64,000 nucleotides of DNA from NCBI GenBank assembly GCA_039096225.1, contig JBBPEB010000007.1:682001-746000 (forward strand). Reading direction: 5' to 3'. Origin of the DNA: Blastocystis sp. Blastoise. Taxonomy: Eukaryota > Protista > Bigyra: Opalinata. Shown here piece by piece: positions 48,084-63,711 of this stretch (position 1 is the first letter of the stretch; every line of letters starts with the position of its first letter). Position numbers and translations under genes: made by a program. The notes below the pieces were generated by a model. It saw only the letters and a program-made list of their open reading frames with translations, was not told where the DNA came from and searched no databases.

Positions 48084-48607
48084 TTGATTATCTCTTCTAA
48101 AATTGAATTATAAGTTGAAATATAATTGAATCCGTGTTAGGATGGTGGTTTTAGATTATTTTTTGAATTTGTATCCCCAATAAGAACAGTATTAAATTCC
48201 CATAGAAATAATCACAAAGAATTGCATTCTTTCCGCTTTTTCTCATGGAGGAACCGCGGTATTTCTTATAAAACAAAAAATGAGAAGTGAATTACGTTGT
48301 TGAGTAGGTATAAATCATTAATAGATTAACTAACATATGAATGTCTGGAGTTTATACATATACTGGATTCATCTCGTGAATCTATACATTATCGACGAAT
48401 TCTATACAGTTTATATATATATTTGGAAATAATATTAAATATATTTAAAGATAAGAACAAAGAACAAAAAAGAGTGTTTAAAAGAAACAGTATAACAAAA
48501 TATATATCGTTTTTTGTTTTTTGATTGTATATAGGGACATTTATTAAGCCTTTAAATATATATATAACTTTGAAATAGTTTGAAATCATATATTTACAGT
48601 GAAAAAA

Positions 48608-49606
48608 ATGCCAATTTACTCATTTGCTGTCATCTGTTCCTCAAATGTCAACCGAAGTGTTGAGACACATGATTTATTTATGGTATTTTAAATGTAAATA
48701 TATATTTTATTAATATATATAGAAAAATGGAATGAAAGTATCTTCATATGGAACAGGATCCAAAGTAAAACTACCTGGAAAAAGACAAGACACACCTAAA
48801 ATGTATTTTAGTATTCATTTCTAATCTGATTATCATTAAATTGTTCATAGATATCCTTTTGGAACGACATATGCAGCAATTCTTGCAGATTTAATTAAAA
48901 CTGATGAAGATTTGTATTTATTTTTTAAACTATGACCTGTGAATATAATAGATTAAATTTGGTAATAGATGAATTTATTATTTATTTCTTTAGATTCACC
49001 CGACGAGGCATTATTCCCATGATACGTCGTGATATGACTGTTAAATCAGCTCCTCAGCGATTTCAACAACTTAAAACAGTCAATGAAATTGATGTTATTA
49101 TTTGTTTTGATCATACAGTATATGATAAATTAGTAGAAGGTATATATATATATATAGTTTTTATTTGAATGAGATATCAATCAAATGATTCTAAATTAAT
49201 AATTATTAATATAATTATTAATATATTTATAATACATATAGATTTACAGATGCGTCCAATGGAAACCATGAAATGTTTACATGTATTTAATATGAATGTT
49301 CAAGATAACCCTACAGAAGCGGCCAATGGAGCGAAATCAGCTCTGTTATTAGCTAATATTGTATATTTATATTATATTTATTTATATTTATATTTATATT
49401 ATATTTATATTATATATTTATATTTATATTATATTTATATTATATATTTATATTTATATTATATTTATAATAATATATTAAATAATACATTATATATTTA
49501 TTAGTTACAAAAGTATGATAATATTGGAACGAATATTCATTTGATTCTGGATGAATTCAGTAGACAAACAAATATAGACTTATTATATTCACAGCATTTT
49601 TTATAA
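48608..49606 (+). CDS. SSU72: RNA polymerase II CTD phosphatase Ssu72, 6 exons
   Basis: FAVICSSNVNRSVETH (CX5R), VSSYGTGSKVKLPG, YPFGTTY, VKSAPQRFQ, DVIICFD, NMNVQDNPTEAANGA. Confidence 0.95.
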
Positions 49607-50050
49607 TTTCCTTTAATTTTATTACTTTTCTTCTTTTTATATTTTAGATGTCAATATGTTTGTTGTATGTTAATCTTGATTTCTTGTTACATTCATTATG
49701 TTTTATTCTATGTATAATATAATGTTTTAAAAACATATGCAAAACAAAAGTAAATAAGCAAAAACAAATGTTTAATGTTTAAAAAAATAATAAACAACTA
49801 GAATGACTGATCACAAGAAAAACAAAATGACACAAATGAATAAGAGCAAAAACAAATATAATTTGAAAATAAATATATTTATGAATGAAAAAATGAAGAA
49901 AAGAAAGTATAGATATATATATATATAAAGACTATTAAGAAATGAATTAATATATCACATAAATTTGATTTTTAAATAGAAGAAGAAACTGATTAATATA
50001 CATAGAAATAATATATATATAATATATGTATATATATATATATATATATA

Positions 50051-52939
<2,889 letters not shown>

Positions 52940-53527
52940 GATCTAAAGAAGGACGGATAAAATATAGTTTACAAAGTAAGATATTGATTTTGCATTGTTC
53001 TAGATATATATATCTATATACGACAGAATATTTCAATAAAGAAATGCAAAAACAATAAACTTTTATTTTGAAAAGGCTGAATACCACAAAACTCTGGGAA
53101 TTCCATAAGATTCTCCAGAAAAAAAGAATATTTTGGGAAAAACACAAATCAAAATCCTCAGTTTTTCATAAGGTTTAGTTACTTATAGCATTTGAATATT
53201 TCATTAATAGTTGTTTACAAATATAAAAACATAAACGAAGTGCTGTCTCTCCTAGAAACATTCATTTATATTCTTGTGCGTAAATAAAGGTTCTTTTCTT
53301 AGATACTTAGTTTTTACTTTATTTTCGTTATAATGATCATCTAGAGATATATATGATGTAACTAGAAATTCAGAAATAAGATATAACTCAAAATAAACAT
53401 AATTTTCTAATAATCATAATGGAGGGCTTTTTTGTTTTTTATTTTTATGTTTATGCATAAAGAGTCGTTTGTGTGTTCGTCAAGAATCATATTGTTTGAA
53501 TATACGAATTGAATAAAATAGTAATAA

Positions 53528-54167
53528 ATGTCAGAAAAACCTCAAATCTCTGAGAATTTAGTTTCTTATGAGTCTTTATCGTTTTCATTGTATGTCATAT
53601 ATATAATTGAGCTTTTATCTTATGTTAATTCATCAAAAGAGAGTATAATTTCTGGTCAAATACTGTATATTCCAAAACAGCTCCAGAAACGTATGATCCT
53701 TATAATCATATAAATTACTTATAAAATATAAATTTAGATACAAAAATGTTATAAATGAATGTTATATGAAAACACCACCAAAAGTATGCTAGAATATATT
53801 TAGAATACTAAATAAAATAGAGAATGACTTCAATTTCAGATCCAATACAATGTTCTAATAACAAAAATATACAAAAGATGAATGATAAAACAGTAGAAAA
53901 GAATCAAAGTATACCAGAGATTGTTATACACAAAACAAATAAACGAGTTGAATGTATATATAATGATAGTATCTAATATAACTATATATAAACTATTTTA
54001 GGCTTTCCAGAAATCCCTCAAGTATGTCATGATAACAATATTATTTCGTTGATAATGATATATATTAGAGAACAGTGAAGAAAATGAAGAAGAAACAGTT
54101 ATGGGAACCCATTCAAAAACATGAGAAGATATATAATAAGGATAAGCATGTTAATGATTGTCAATAA
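53528..54167 (+). CDS. Small 6-exon hypothetical protein (about 135 aa)
   Basis: The frame is preserved across five short GT-AG introns: MSEKPQ...SFSL/EYNFWSNTVYSKTAPET/YKNVINECYMKTPPK/RMTSISDP...VEC/FPEIPQ/RTVKKMKKKQLWEPIQK...CQ*. Confidence 0.6.
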
Positions 54168-54377
54168 TCTAAGCATTCAATAGTGTAACTAGATAGAAGT
54201 ATAAATCTGAGTTGTGTTGCTAAAATGAAAAAGAAATTAAATAATTTAACTAAAGCAATAGAATATATCAATGATTTTTTCAAAAACGTAAAATTTGTAA
54301 CAAATGAGATAAGAAAGACATATATAAATAGATTTGATACACATCTTTCTAATAAAACATAACTATAATAATTATTT

Positions 54378-56046
54378 TTATGGTTGAGGAGGTGGAGGAG
54401 GAGCAGGAATAGAAGGAGCTGTGGATATAGGAGCAGGTGGAGGCATATACATATTCATAGGAGGAACAGCATTATATCCCATAGAAGGCATAGCAGGCAT
54501 AGAAGGCATAGCAGGAGGAAGACCAAGAGGAGCTCCGTTATATAATCCAGGAGGAGGGAAAGATCCAGAAGCATTAGCAGCCAATAAACGTTCTATAGAA
54601 ATATAGATAAAGGAAATAAAAAGAAAGTAGATCCATAAAGATTGATATAGAAATAGGAAATAGACAGAAAATAAGAAATATCAAGAGAAGTAGAAATGAA
54701 TATAGAAGAGATTGATTAAAGGTAGAATTAACAAAAAATATAAACTTTTATTAATTTTTAAATATTTAAAGAATAGTCAGTATATAATAGAAATAGAACA
54801 TTGCAAATTATATATTTTATTATATATTCTATTACATATTCTATTATAATTCTATTATATATTCTATTATAATTCTATTATATATCCTATTATATATTCT
54901 ATTATATATTCTATTATATATTCTATTATATATTCTATTATATGTAATATTATATCCTATTATATATTCTATTATATATTCTATTATATGTAATATTATA
55001 TTCTATTATATATTCTATTATATATTCTATTATATGTAATATTATATTCTATTATATGTAATATTATATTCTATTATATATTCTATTATATATTCTATTA
55101 TATATTCTATTATATATTCTATTATATATTCTATTATAGTATATATACCAGCTTGAGATCCATGTCTTTCTCCTTTAGAGTCTTTCTTAAAAGCATATTG
55201 AACAACAATTTGACGATTATAATAATATTATATATATATTGAGAATAAAAGATATAGAGAGAAATGTTTATTTAAAAGTATTCCTATTAAATAAATATAG
55301 TTATATATAACAGACTTTTATAATAATAAACATCATATTTAATAATATAAAAGAAAGTGATACATATATAAATAATATAAATATAATCAATATAAATGTT
55401 CTATATATTTAACATAAATACTAGTATTATAAATAAATAGATATACTTGTCCATTCATGCATTCAATAGCATAATCAGAAGCACTAAAAGAACTATAATT
55501 CACAAAAGCATATCCTTTACTAAGGCCTGTCTCAGGATCACGCATTATCTATAATATATATAATAAAAATCATATATATATATTTAGTAAAGAATATTCA
55601 AGAAATAGAATGATTGAATAGTAAGAGGATAATATAATTCTAATAATAAATACATGAGGAGAATTAATAAATGATCCAAAAGCTGTAAATGTATCTGCAA
55701 GAACTTTCTCATCTACTTCTGGAGCAAGGTTACTAATGAAGATATTAGCACCAACATCAACATTCTTACGATCTTGAGAAGACTTATTAATTTTTAATTT
55801 TTTATCATAGAGAGCGACATTCGCTAATACACTTAGTGCATAGTCACAATCATATTCATTTCTATATTCAACAAACGCAAATCCTTGAGAAACACCGGTG
55901 ACTTTATCACGAATGAGATGAACATTTGCTACAGGTCCAAACTGCATAAAGAGTTCCCACAATAATTCTTCATCAACTTTTTCATCAAGACTACCTACAT
56001 ATAATGTAGCATCTGAATTTCTTTGTTGTTGATTAGTATTTGACAT
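54378..56046 (-). CDS. SF3B4: Splicing factor 3B subunit 4 (SAP49/Hsh49): two RRMs and a Pro-rich tail
   Basis: [102 protein letters not shown]. Confidence 0.95.
54815..55140. repeat. 12-bp minisatellite (TTCTATTATATA)n in the last SF3B4 intron
   Basis: Many near-identical tandem copies visible. Confidence 0.85.
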
Positions 56047-56444
56047 AATTTATATATTCTTACGAATTCTATAGTATTTATATGATTACAATATATATTT
56101 GAAATCAACTATAACCCAACGATACTATAGGTCTAGGCAAAAAAGATAAATCAAAATTCTTGTTTAAAACTTCTTTCCTAAAAAAAAGTATTCACGATTA
56201 TAATACTTCACACTCTGTTATTCAAAACATTCCCACAATTAAAACAAAATTTCCAAAAAAAAGAAAAAAAACGTTCAAACTTTCAGAAGAAATCAGCATC
56301 TATAAATCTAGTTATGTGGCAAATACTCATGGATCTTCCATGGTATTAATTGTTGAATTATTTTTCAGATTATCTTGATTCATCAACTCCATGCAAATTT
56401 TACCTATATATTTTTTATGGTGTATTTCATACGTAAATTTGAAA

Positions 56445-57053
56445 ATGAGTTCAAGAGCATTTTTCAACTTTGCGAAAAAAGGTGCACAAACCTTTGTGAA
56501 ACAATCTATGAAGAGTACATCAAAGAAAGTCAACGTTGTGTTTGATCGTGCTGAGACCTCTTTCGGTAAAGTCAGAAACAATGTCAGTCTTGTATTGAAG
56601 AATGAAAATATGAACAACATGGCTTCAAACTTCCAAAGAAATATGAAAAATGTATATATTTTTATTATTGATCATTGTTGTTGTTCTTCATTTGAATGAT
56701 TTTTTTGGTTGATTCTATTCATAAACTGATTTTACATTTTTAGGCCTTAAGAATGAATGCTGCTTCTGTAACAGTTTGTGTTCCTGTGATGACTGCTTCA
56801 CTTCTTGAATTCCTTAGAATGCAAACAGCATTAGCTCTTGCTGATGAAGATGATGATGGAACGTAAGTATATATTTATTGCTTTTTCATTCTCAATTTTT
56901 TATATTTTTTTATATTTATATTTTTGCTGTTGTATTTCTATCTTTGTATTACTTATTTTTGTTCTTCATTTGATCTCTATGAGTATCTTATATATCATTT
57001 CTTCTTCTTTTTTAAGTTTATTATATATGTCTATGTCTTTACCATTTAGCTAA
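56445..57053 (+). CDS. Small (109 aa) protein with mitochondrial-presequence-like N-terminus and acidic C-terminus DEDDDGT* (possibly NFD6/NOXY2-like)
   Basis: Exon 56445-56651 is MSSRAFFNFAKKGAQTFVKQSMKSTSKK...; exon 56744-56862 is ...CVPVMTASLLEFLRMQTALALADEDDDG-AC; the final exon is C TAA at 57050-57053. Confidence 0.7.
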
Positions 57054-57499
57054 TATAATGCTTCGATAGAAGGCGCCGGCGGGTCTTATCTTTTGCATGG
57101 AGTGTCTAATGGGATACCTTTTCTTCTTTTTTTTTTGCTTCTAATTATTGACTTACAGAAAATGACTTTCAAATTCATCTTATTCTTCTAATTTTGGGTT
57201 CTATTTATATATATACTATCACATCTTTACTCGATTGTTGTGTTTTTTAACGTTTTACACTTAAACTCGATATAAAAAACAAAAAAAAATAGTTAAAATA
57301 ATATATTCATCATATAAATTAAAAAATTATAATAATTCTTATTTAAACACAAAACTGTAAGATTTTTAAATAATTTACAAAGTAATTTTTGTGAATTGTT
57401 CATTCCGTTATTTCTCAGAAAGTATATTTCTAATTTTGATATAAAAATACGTTTTACAAGTTACAGGAGTTGTTCATAATATAGAATATATAAAATTTC

Positions 57500-58981
57500 A
57501 TGTCTGACGATAATCATTATCCTACTCGATGCATTCGTGTTCTGAAAGGTCACACAGGGAACGTGAATTGCATTAGATATACACATGATGGAAAATATTG
57601 TATGTCTGCTGGTCAAGATCGATCTGTTTGTTTATGGAATCCTAACAGAGATGATGTTAAAGATGGATTTTTAATCAATAGATACAAAGGACCTCATTCT
57701 TATGGTGTGAATGAAATTGCCATAGCATCAGATAACAGTGAATTCGCATCTTGTGGTGAAGAAAGAGAAGTTTTAGTATGGGATGTATCTACTTCTCACG
57801 TAAAAAGGCGGTTATATGGTCATAATCAAGTATATATATATTACTATTCATGAAACCATTGATATCTTTAAATAATTAGAGGATTAATACAGTTGCTTAT
57901 AATGAAGAAAGTACTTTAGTAGTTTCAGGTATTTTTAAAGTTGTTTTCTTCTTTATATTATAAAATATATCTAGGTTCTTATGATGCAACTGTTAAAATA
58001 TATGATCTCAAGTATTTAAATAATGATATAGGATTATGAATATATAAGTTATTCTTTAATAATTATCTATATATATATATATAGATCTCATAATAATGCA
58101 GCTATTCAGACACTTTCAGAAGGAAAAGACTCGATTTCTCAAGTAATCTTTACAAAGAATGCTATTATCTCATCGTACATATATATATTGTTAACAGTAA
58201 TATGAATAGAGAAGATTCTGTTCATTATTATTAATTTAATTTAAATTATATTATATATTCTTTTTTATATTATATATATATATATATAGAAGTATTGATG
58301 GTCATATACGAACTTATGATATACGAGCAGGTCAACTTCGTGATGATGTATTATCTGGTATATATATAATATATATAATATATATATTTATAAGTATATA
58401 ATACATATAATACATATTCTATTTATATACTCTATATATCATTATAATAAGTTAATATTTAAATTTTATTTAATTGTTCTATATTTAGAAAGATGTTTTC
58501 TTATTTATTATTATTATATATATAGTTCCAATTACACATCTGTCACTTTCTTTTGATGAGAAATGTTTATATGCGTCAACATTAAATAATCAATCCATAT
58601 TAATTGAACGAGAAATGGGTACTATATTAAACAGATATAAAGATCACAAATCAACTAATTATAAAGTTGAAGGATATATAAATAATACAGATGATTATAT
58701 ATATTCAGGATCAGAAGATGGACAAATTATTATTTATGATTTAGTTGATGTATATATATATATAACATATATTATATATATATATAATATATATTATATA
58801 ACACTATATATATATAACAATCTATTTTCAATATTATACTATTCTTTCATTATAGGCAAAACCTATTCATACATTGACTTATCATAATAATGCAGTTACA
58901 TCACTTAGCATTCATCCTAAGAGAGAATCAACTCAATTACTTGCAGCTAGTCTTGATTCAACAATATCTGTTTGGGAATAA
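57500..58981 (+). CDS. WDR83: WD40 protein WDR83/MORG1-like, 7 exons
   Basis: LKGHTGNVNCIRYTHDGKYCMSAGQDRSVCLWNP, FASCGEEREVLVWDV, VVSGSYDATVKIYDLKSHNNAAIQTLSEGKDSISQV, SSIDGHIRTYDIRAG, YSGSEDG. Confidence 0.85.
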
Positions 58982-59520
58982 CATATTCTATTGAATAAAT
59001 TACTTTGTATATTAGTGTTTTTTTTTGTTTATTTATCATAAAATATTTTTTTCATTCGTCATAACACCAATTTATCTATATGAAATATTCATTTTCTATT
59101 TCAAAACACTATAAACATCGACTAATATACTTAATGACGACTTTTACATTTAAAAAAACAGTAAAATATCTTCATTAGGTCGTTTTTATCATATAAACAT
59201 AGGATTTACTTGAGTTGGAACTATACTGATGGTGGATTTGGTTATAAAAACAAAACTTTCGATTCATTTTTGATTGAGAACAATTTAACGAGTCAATTGA
59301 CGTTATTCCAATCATTTTTTGGCAACAGGAATGAAGTCAAATGTTAACATAGAAAAGAAAATTGGTATTAAATTTGTGTTTGCTTCCAAAAATATGTTGA
59401 ATCTGTCCTAGAATTCTGTTTTTAAATGATTATTTCTCTTTTTTCCCTTTTTAGAAAAAAGACTTCCAGGGGAATAATTATCTCTGTATCGAACACAATG
59501 GAAACATTCTAGAAAAAAGA

Positions 59521-59640
59521 TTGACAAGAACCATGACGCATGTCAACACAATTCAAGTAACCAATAAATTGTGGTCTTTCAACTCAATTGAAAGCAAACT
59601 AACGATTGGTTCCTGCATGTATTTATGGATCTGATTGGCC
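59521..59640 (+). promoter_or_regulatory. Putative nucleoredoxin promoter with three CCAAT/ATTGG boxes and a TGACGCA site
   Basis: CCAAT at 59561, ATTGG at 59605 and 59634, and TGACGCA at 59534 bracketed by inverted TTGACA/TGTCAA (59521, 59541). These lie 120-240 bp upstream of the ATG. Confidence 0.35.
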
Positions 59641-59761
59641 GTTCCACATTTGATCTCATTCATTTTTTGACTGCAGAGTTTCTATCTTTGAATAATCTTC
59701 CTTTTATTTTGTTCATAAAATATTTTCTCAATTAAAAATTAATTTAAATAATAATAATAAA

Positions 59762-60976
59762 ATGGTCTTTTCTGAAATCTTTGGTGAATCTCTTCATAGT
59801 CACAACGGTCCCGTTGCTACTTCTACTTTAGAAGGTAAATATGTTGCTCTTTACTTCTCTGCTCATTGGTGTGCTCCTTGCAGACAATTTACTCCTAAAT
59901 TTGCTGAAACTTACAAATCTATTAAGGATACTAAGAATTTTGAAGTTGTCTTCTGTTCTAAGGATAAGGATGAAGCTGGTTTCAAGGAATATTTTGATTT
60001 AATGCCTTGGTTAGCTATTAATTATTCTGATGAAGTCACTCGTACTGGTCTTGAAACCGCTTTTGGTGTTCATGGTATTCCTACTGTTGTTCTCTTCGAT
60101 CCTGAAGGTAACGTTATCAATACTCAAGCTAAACCTATGATTGAAAGCAATCCTGCTGGTTTCCCTTGGAAGGAACCTACTCTTTTCGAAATTATGGAAG
60201 GAGCTCTTGTTGGTAAGAATGGTCCTGTTGCTGTTGAAACTCTTAAGAATAAAGTTCTTGGTTTATATTTCTCTGCTCATTGGTGTGGTCCTTGCAGACA
60301 ATTCACTCCTATCTTAAAGAAGAACTACAATGCTCTTAAACAACAAGGTAAGGACTTTGAAGTTGTTTTCTGCTCTGCTGATAGAGTTGAAAAAGAATAT
60401 AATGAATATTATGAAACTATGCCTTGGTTATCTCTTGGTTTCAAGAGTCAAGCTGTTGAAGCTATTACTACTAAATATCATGTTCAAGGTTATCCTACTC
60501 TTCTTCTTTTTGATATCTATGGAAATCTCTTAACTGAAGAAGGCAGAGCTGTTCTTTCTGATGAAAATGCTGTTGCTAACTATCCTTGGATGCCTAAGGC
60601 TTGTTATGATCTTAACGCTGAACCTGATGGTATTAATAATGGTCCTTGTCTTATTTTACTTAATGAATATGATTGTTGTTCTCAAGAAGTCAAGCAAAAG
60701 AATGCTGAAGTTATTAATGCTTGTGGTGAAATTGCTCTTCAAAAGGGTGAAGCTACTAAATTATGTTATTTCTATGCCGTTAATGATGGTGAAGTTTCTC
60801 AACAAATTCGTGGATTTATTAAGAGCCAAGAATGTCCTATGTTCTTAATTGTTGATCTTCCTGATAACGGTGGTTATTATTTACCTACTTCTCAAGAAAT
60901 CACTCAAGAAAACATTCGTGCTTTTGTCCAAAAGTTCCTTCTCCATAAGGCTGAAAGACTTCAAATGAGTGCTTAA
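59762..60976 (+). CDS. NXN: Nucleoredoxin/tryparedoxin-like protein (two active TRX domains plus a C-terminal TRX-like domain), intronless
   Basis: LYFSAHWCAPCRQFTP and LYFSAHWCGPCRQFTP, FEVVFCS, MPWL, GIPTVVL, GFPW. Confidence 0.9.
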   Translation: MVFSEIFGESLHSHNGPVATSTLEGKYVALYFSAHWCAPCRQFTPKFAETYKSIKDTKNFEVVFCSKDKDEAGFKEYFDLMPWLAINYSDEVTRTGLETAFGVHGIPTVVLFDPEGNVINTQAKPMIESNPAGFPWKEPTLFEIMEGALVGKNGPVAVETLKNKVLGLYFSAHWCGPCRQFTPILKKNYNALKQQGKDFEVVFCSADRVEKEYNEYYETMPWLSLGFKSQAVEAITTKYHVQGYPTLLLFDIYGNLLTEEGRAVLSDENAVANYPWMPKACYDLNAEPDGINNGPCLILLNEYDCCSQEVKQKNAEVINACGEIALQKGEATKLCYFYAVNDGEVSQQIRGFIKSQECPMFLIVDLPDNGGYYLPTSQEITQENIRAFVQKFLLHKAERLQMSA

Positions 60977-61160
60977 ATATAATAGGGGTTTTATTAAAAT
61001 TCATATTCATCAATTAAAAAATTTTCGCTTTTTCAATTTGCTTCCTATAAATATAGTTTAAATATATTTGCTATTTTTTCTTTTTGTTTTGTTTCTATGA
61101 ATTCATTAATTTAAATAATATATACAACTAAAAATAATATATTTTTTGATACATATACAA

Positions 61161-62206
61161 TTATTCAACTATTTTTTCTTCTTCTTTACTTAATTCTTTA
61201 ATATCAAAGAAAGGTTGTTTCAACTCAATTTGTTTTCTTAAGATTCGTTTATATTTCGTAACTACTTCTTTCTTTGTTTTGGTTTTCAATTCTTCTTTCA
61301 TCGACTCATAGATTTGCTTATATAAATAGTTTATAAGAACATCTTGACATTCTTTAAAGAAATAAGGCTTAAATAAACAACCTACTATATCATTAAGACT
61401 TGAAGAAGAAGTCAATCTATATATATATTATTAACTCTTATTTATAATATATATTTATTATTTATATATATATTTTTATTTATATATATATTTATTATTT
61501 ATAATATATATTTATTATATATAACATATATTTATAATATATAACATATATTGATTATTTATATATATATTTATTATTTATATATATATTTACTATTTAT
61601 ATAAATATTTATTATATATAATATATATATTATATATATATATATATCATATAGATACGTTTCTTGGTGACTCTCTTCTATGTACGGTAATTTGATTGGA
61701 TGTTTCTTTATGAAATTTAATTTCATTGGCTTATAGATATCTGTAAATAGTTGTACATATAACCCTTTTTTCTCTTTCTTTTCCTCTTCCGTATATAAAA
61801 GACTCTGATTCCCACGGGAATATTGTTGATAGATATCTTCTTCAGTGATCATTGCATAGCGGGATGCAAGCGCGGGAACCCATTGTGAATGTAGATATAT
61901 AGATATATAAGGAGAATATACAGACTCTAAAGCTTGAATGCATTTTATTCTTTGTTTTGTAGATATATATACATCTCCGACAATTGCTTCTCTTGCTTCT
62001 TGAAGAGAGTACTCAATTTTATGACGAGAACTATATAGAGGAATATATAGGAATATATAGAGGAAAATATATTTGATAATATATAGGAATATATTGAGAA
62101 TATATATATATTTCATATATATATCTCATATATATTTCATATATATATTTCAAATATAGGAATATATATATTTCAAATATAGGAATATATATATGAATAT
62201 ATTTGA

Positions 62207-62264
<58 letters not shown>

Positions 62265-62306
62265 GTAGCTGTCTTATCAATAGGTTCGTGATCAGAACTT
62301 TCTGAA

Positions 62307-62347
<41 letters not shown>

Positions 62348-62875
62348 TTATATAGATACTAGACTGATTATCTTCACTTTCTTCTTCTTCATCATCTATA
62401 TATATATTATATATATATATATATAGTATTATATGTATATGTATATATACTTGAATATCTATCCTCATTATCATCTATAGAATAGTATATAATGATATAT
62501 ATATAGAATATATTAGTATATAATAGAGCAGAAAAAATATATATATATATCAATAATTATATCTGTATATACTGGAATCACTTGATTCTCCATCAACTAT
62601 ATATATATATAATTATATATATATATTGATAATAATATATTATATACATTTCAATCGTTTATAGGCATAATCATCTCCTATAGAATAATATATATATATG
62701 GTTATATATATGGTTATATATACGATTATATAATGAAGATGCTTTCACAAAAGAAGTACTATATATATATAGAGAGAAAGAATATTAATAATATAAATAA
62801 TACTATTAATATATACCTTGATAATACAGTTAGATTATTTCGTTTCCCACGGGGATTATTCTGATTCTGACGAGG

Positions 62876-62942
<67 letters not shown>

Positions 62943-63000
62943 TTTGCAATAATCACAACATTTGGCGGGAGCTGTTGGATGACAGTATTCTTATTAAGGG

Positions 63001-63039
<39 letters not shown>

Positions 63040-63263
63040 AATAATAAGTATAATAAGATATAGCTTCATCAAAGTATTTTAATATGGCCATTCTTCTACA
63101 TGCACGTGCAGTGCACATGGTATATACACATTCTAACTCATATAGATCTCGCTCTATATATATATATATATAGTATTATCAATTTATTATATATACCAAT
63201 ATCTTTTTCATTTCTATCTTTTGCATTACACAAAGTATATCGTAAGCTCTTACTATATATTAA

Positions 63264-63313
<50 letters not shown>

Positions 63314-63613
63314 TATATACAAATCTTGTTCGTTAAAGAACACAATACACTGACACAGGCCTCCGTCACGACCTCCTCGACCACTCTCCTATATATACAT
63401 ATATATATATATAATATACGTATATTAAGTGTTAATAAATACAACTATATATACATATATACTTGATAATAGGAATAGATTGAAGAAGGAACATTCCAGT
63501 GAATGACGAGACGTACGTCACTTTTATCAACACCCATACCAACGGCAATTGTTCCGATAATCACGTGAACAGCACCTGATAACCACATGTTCAAATTATC
63601 TTCTCTTTCTTTG

Positions 63614-63711
<98 letters not shown>

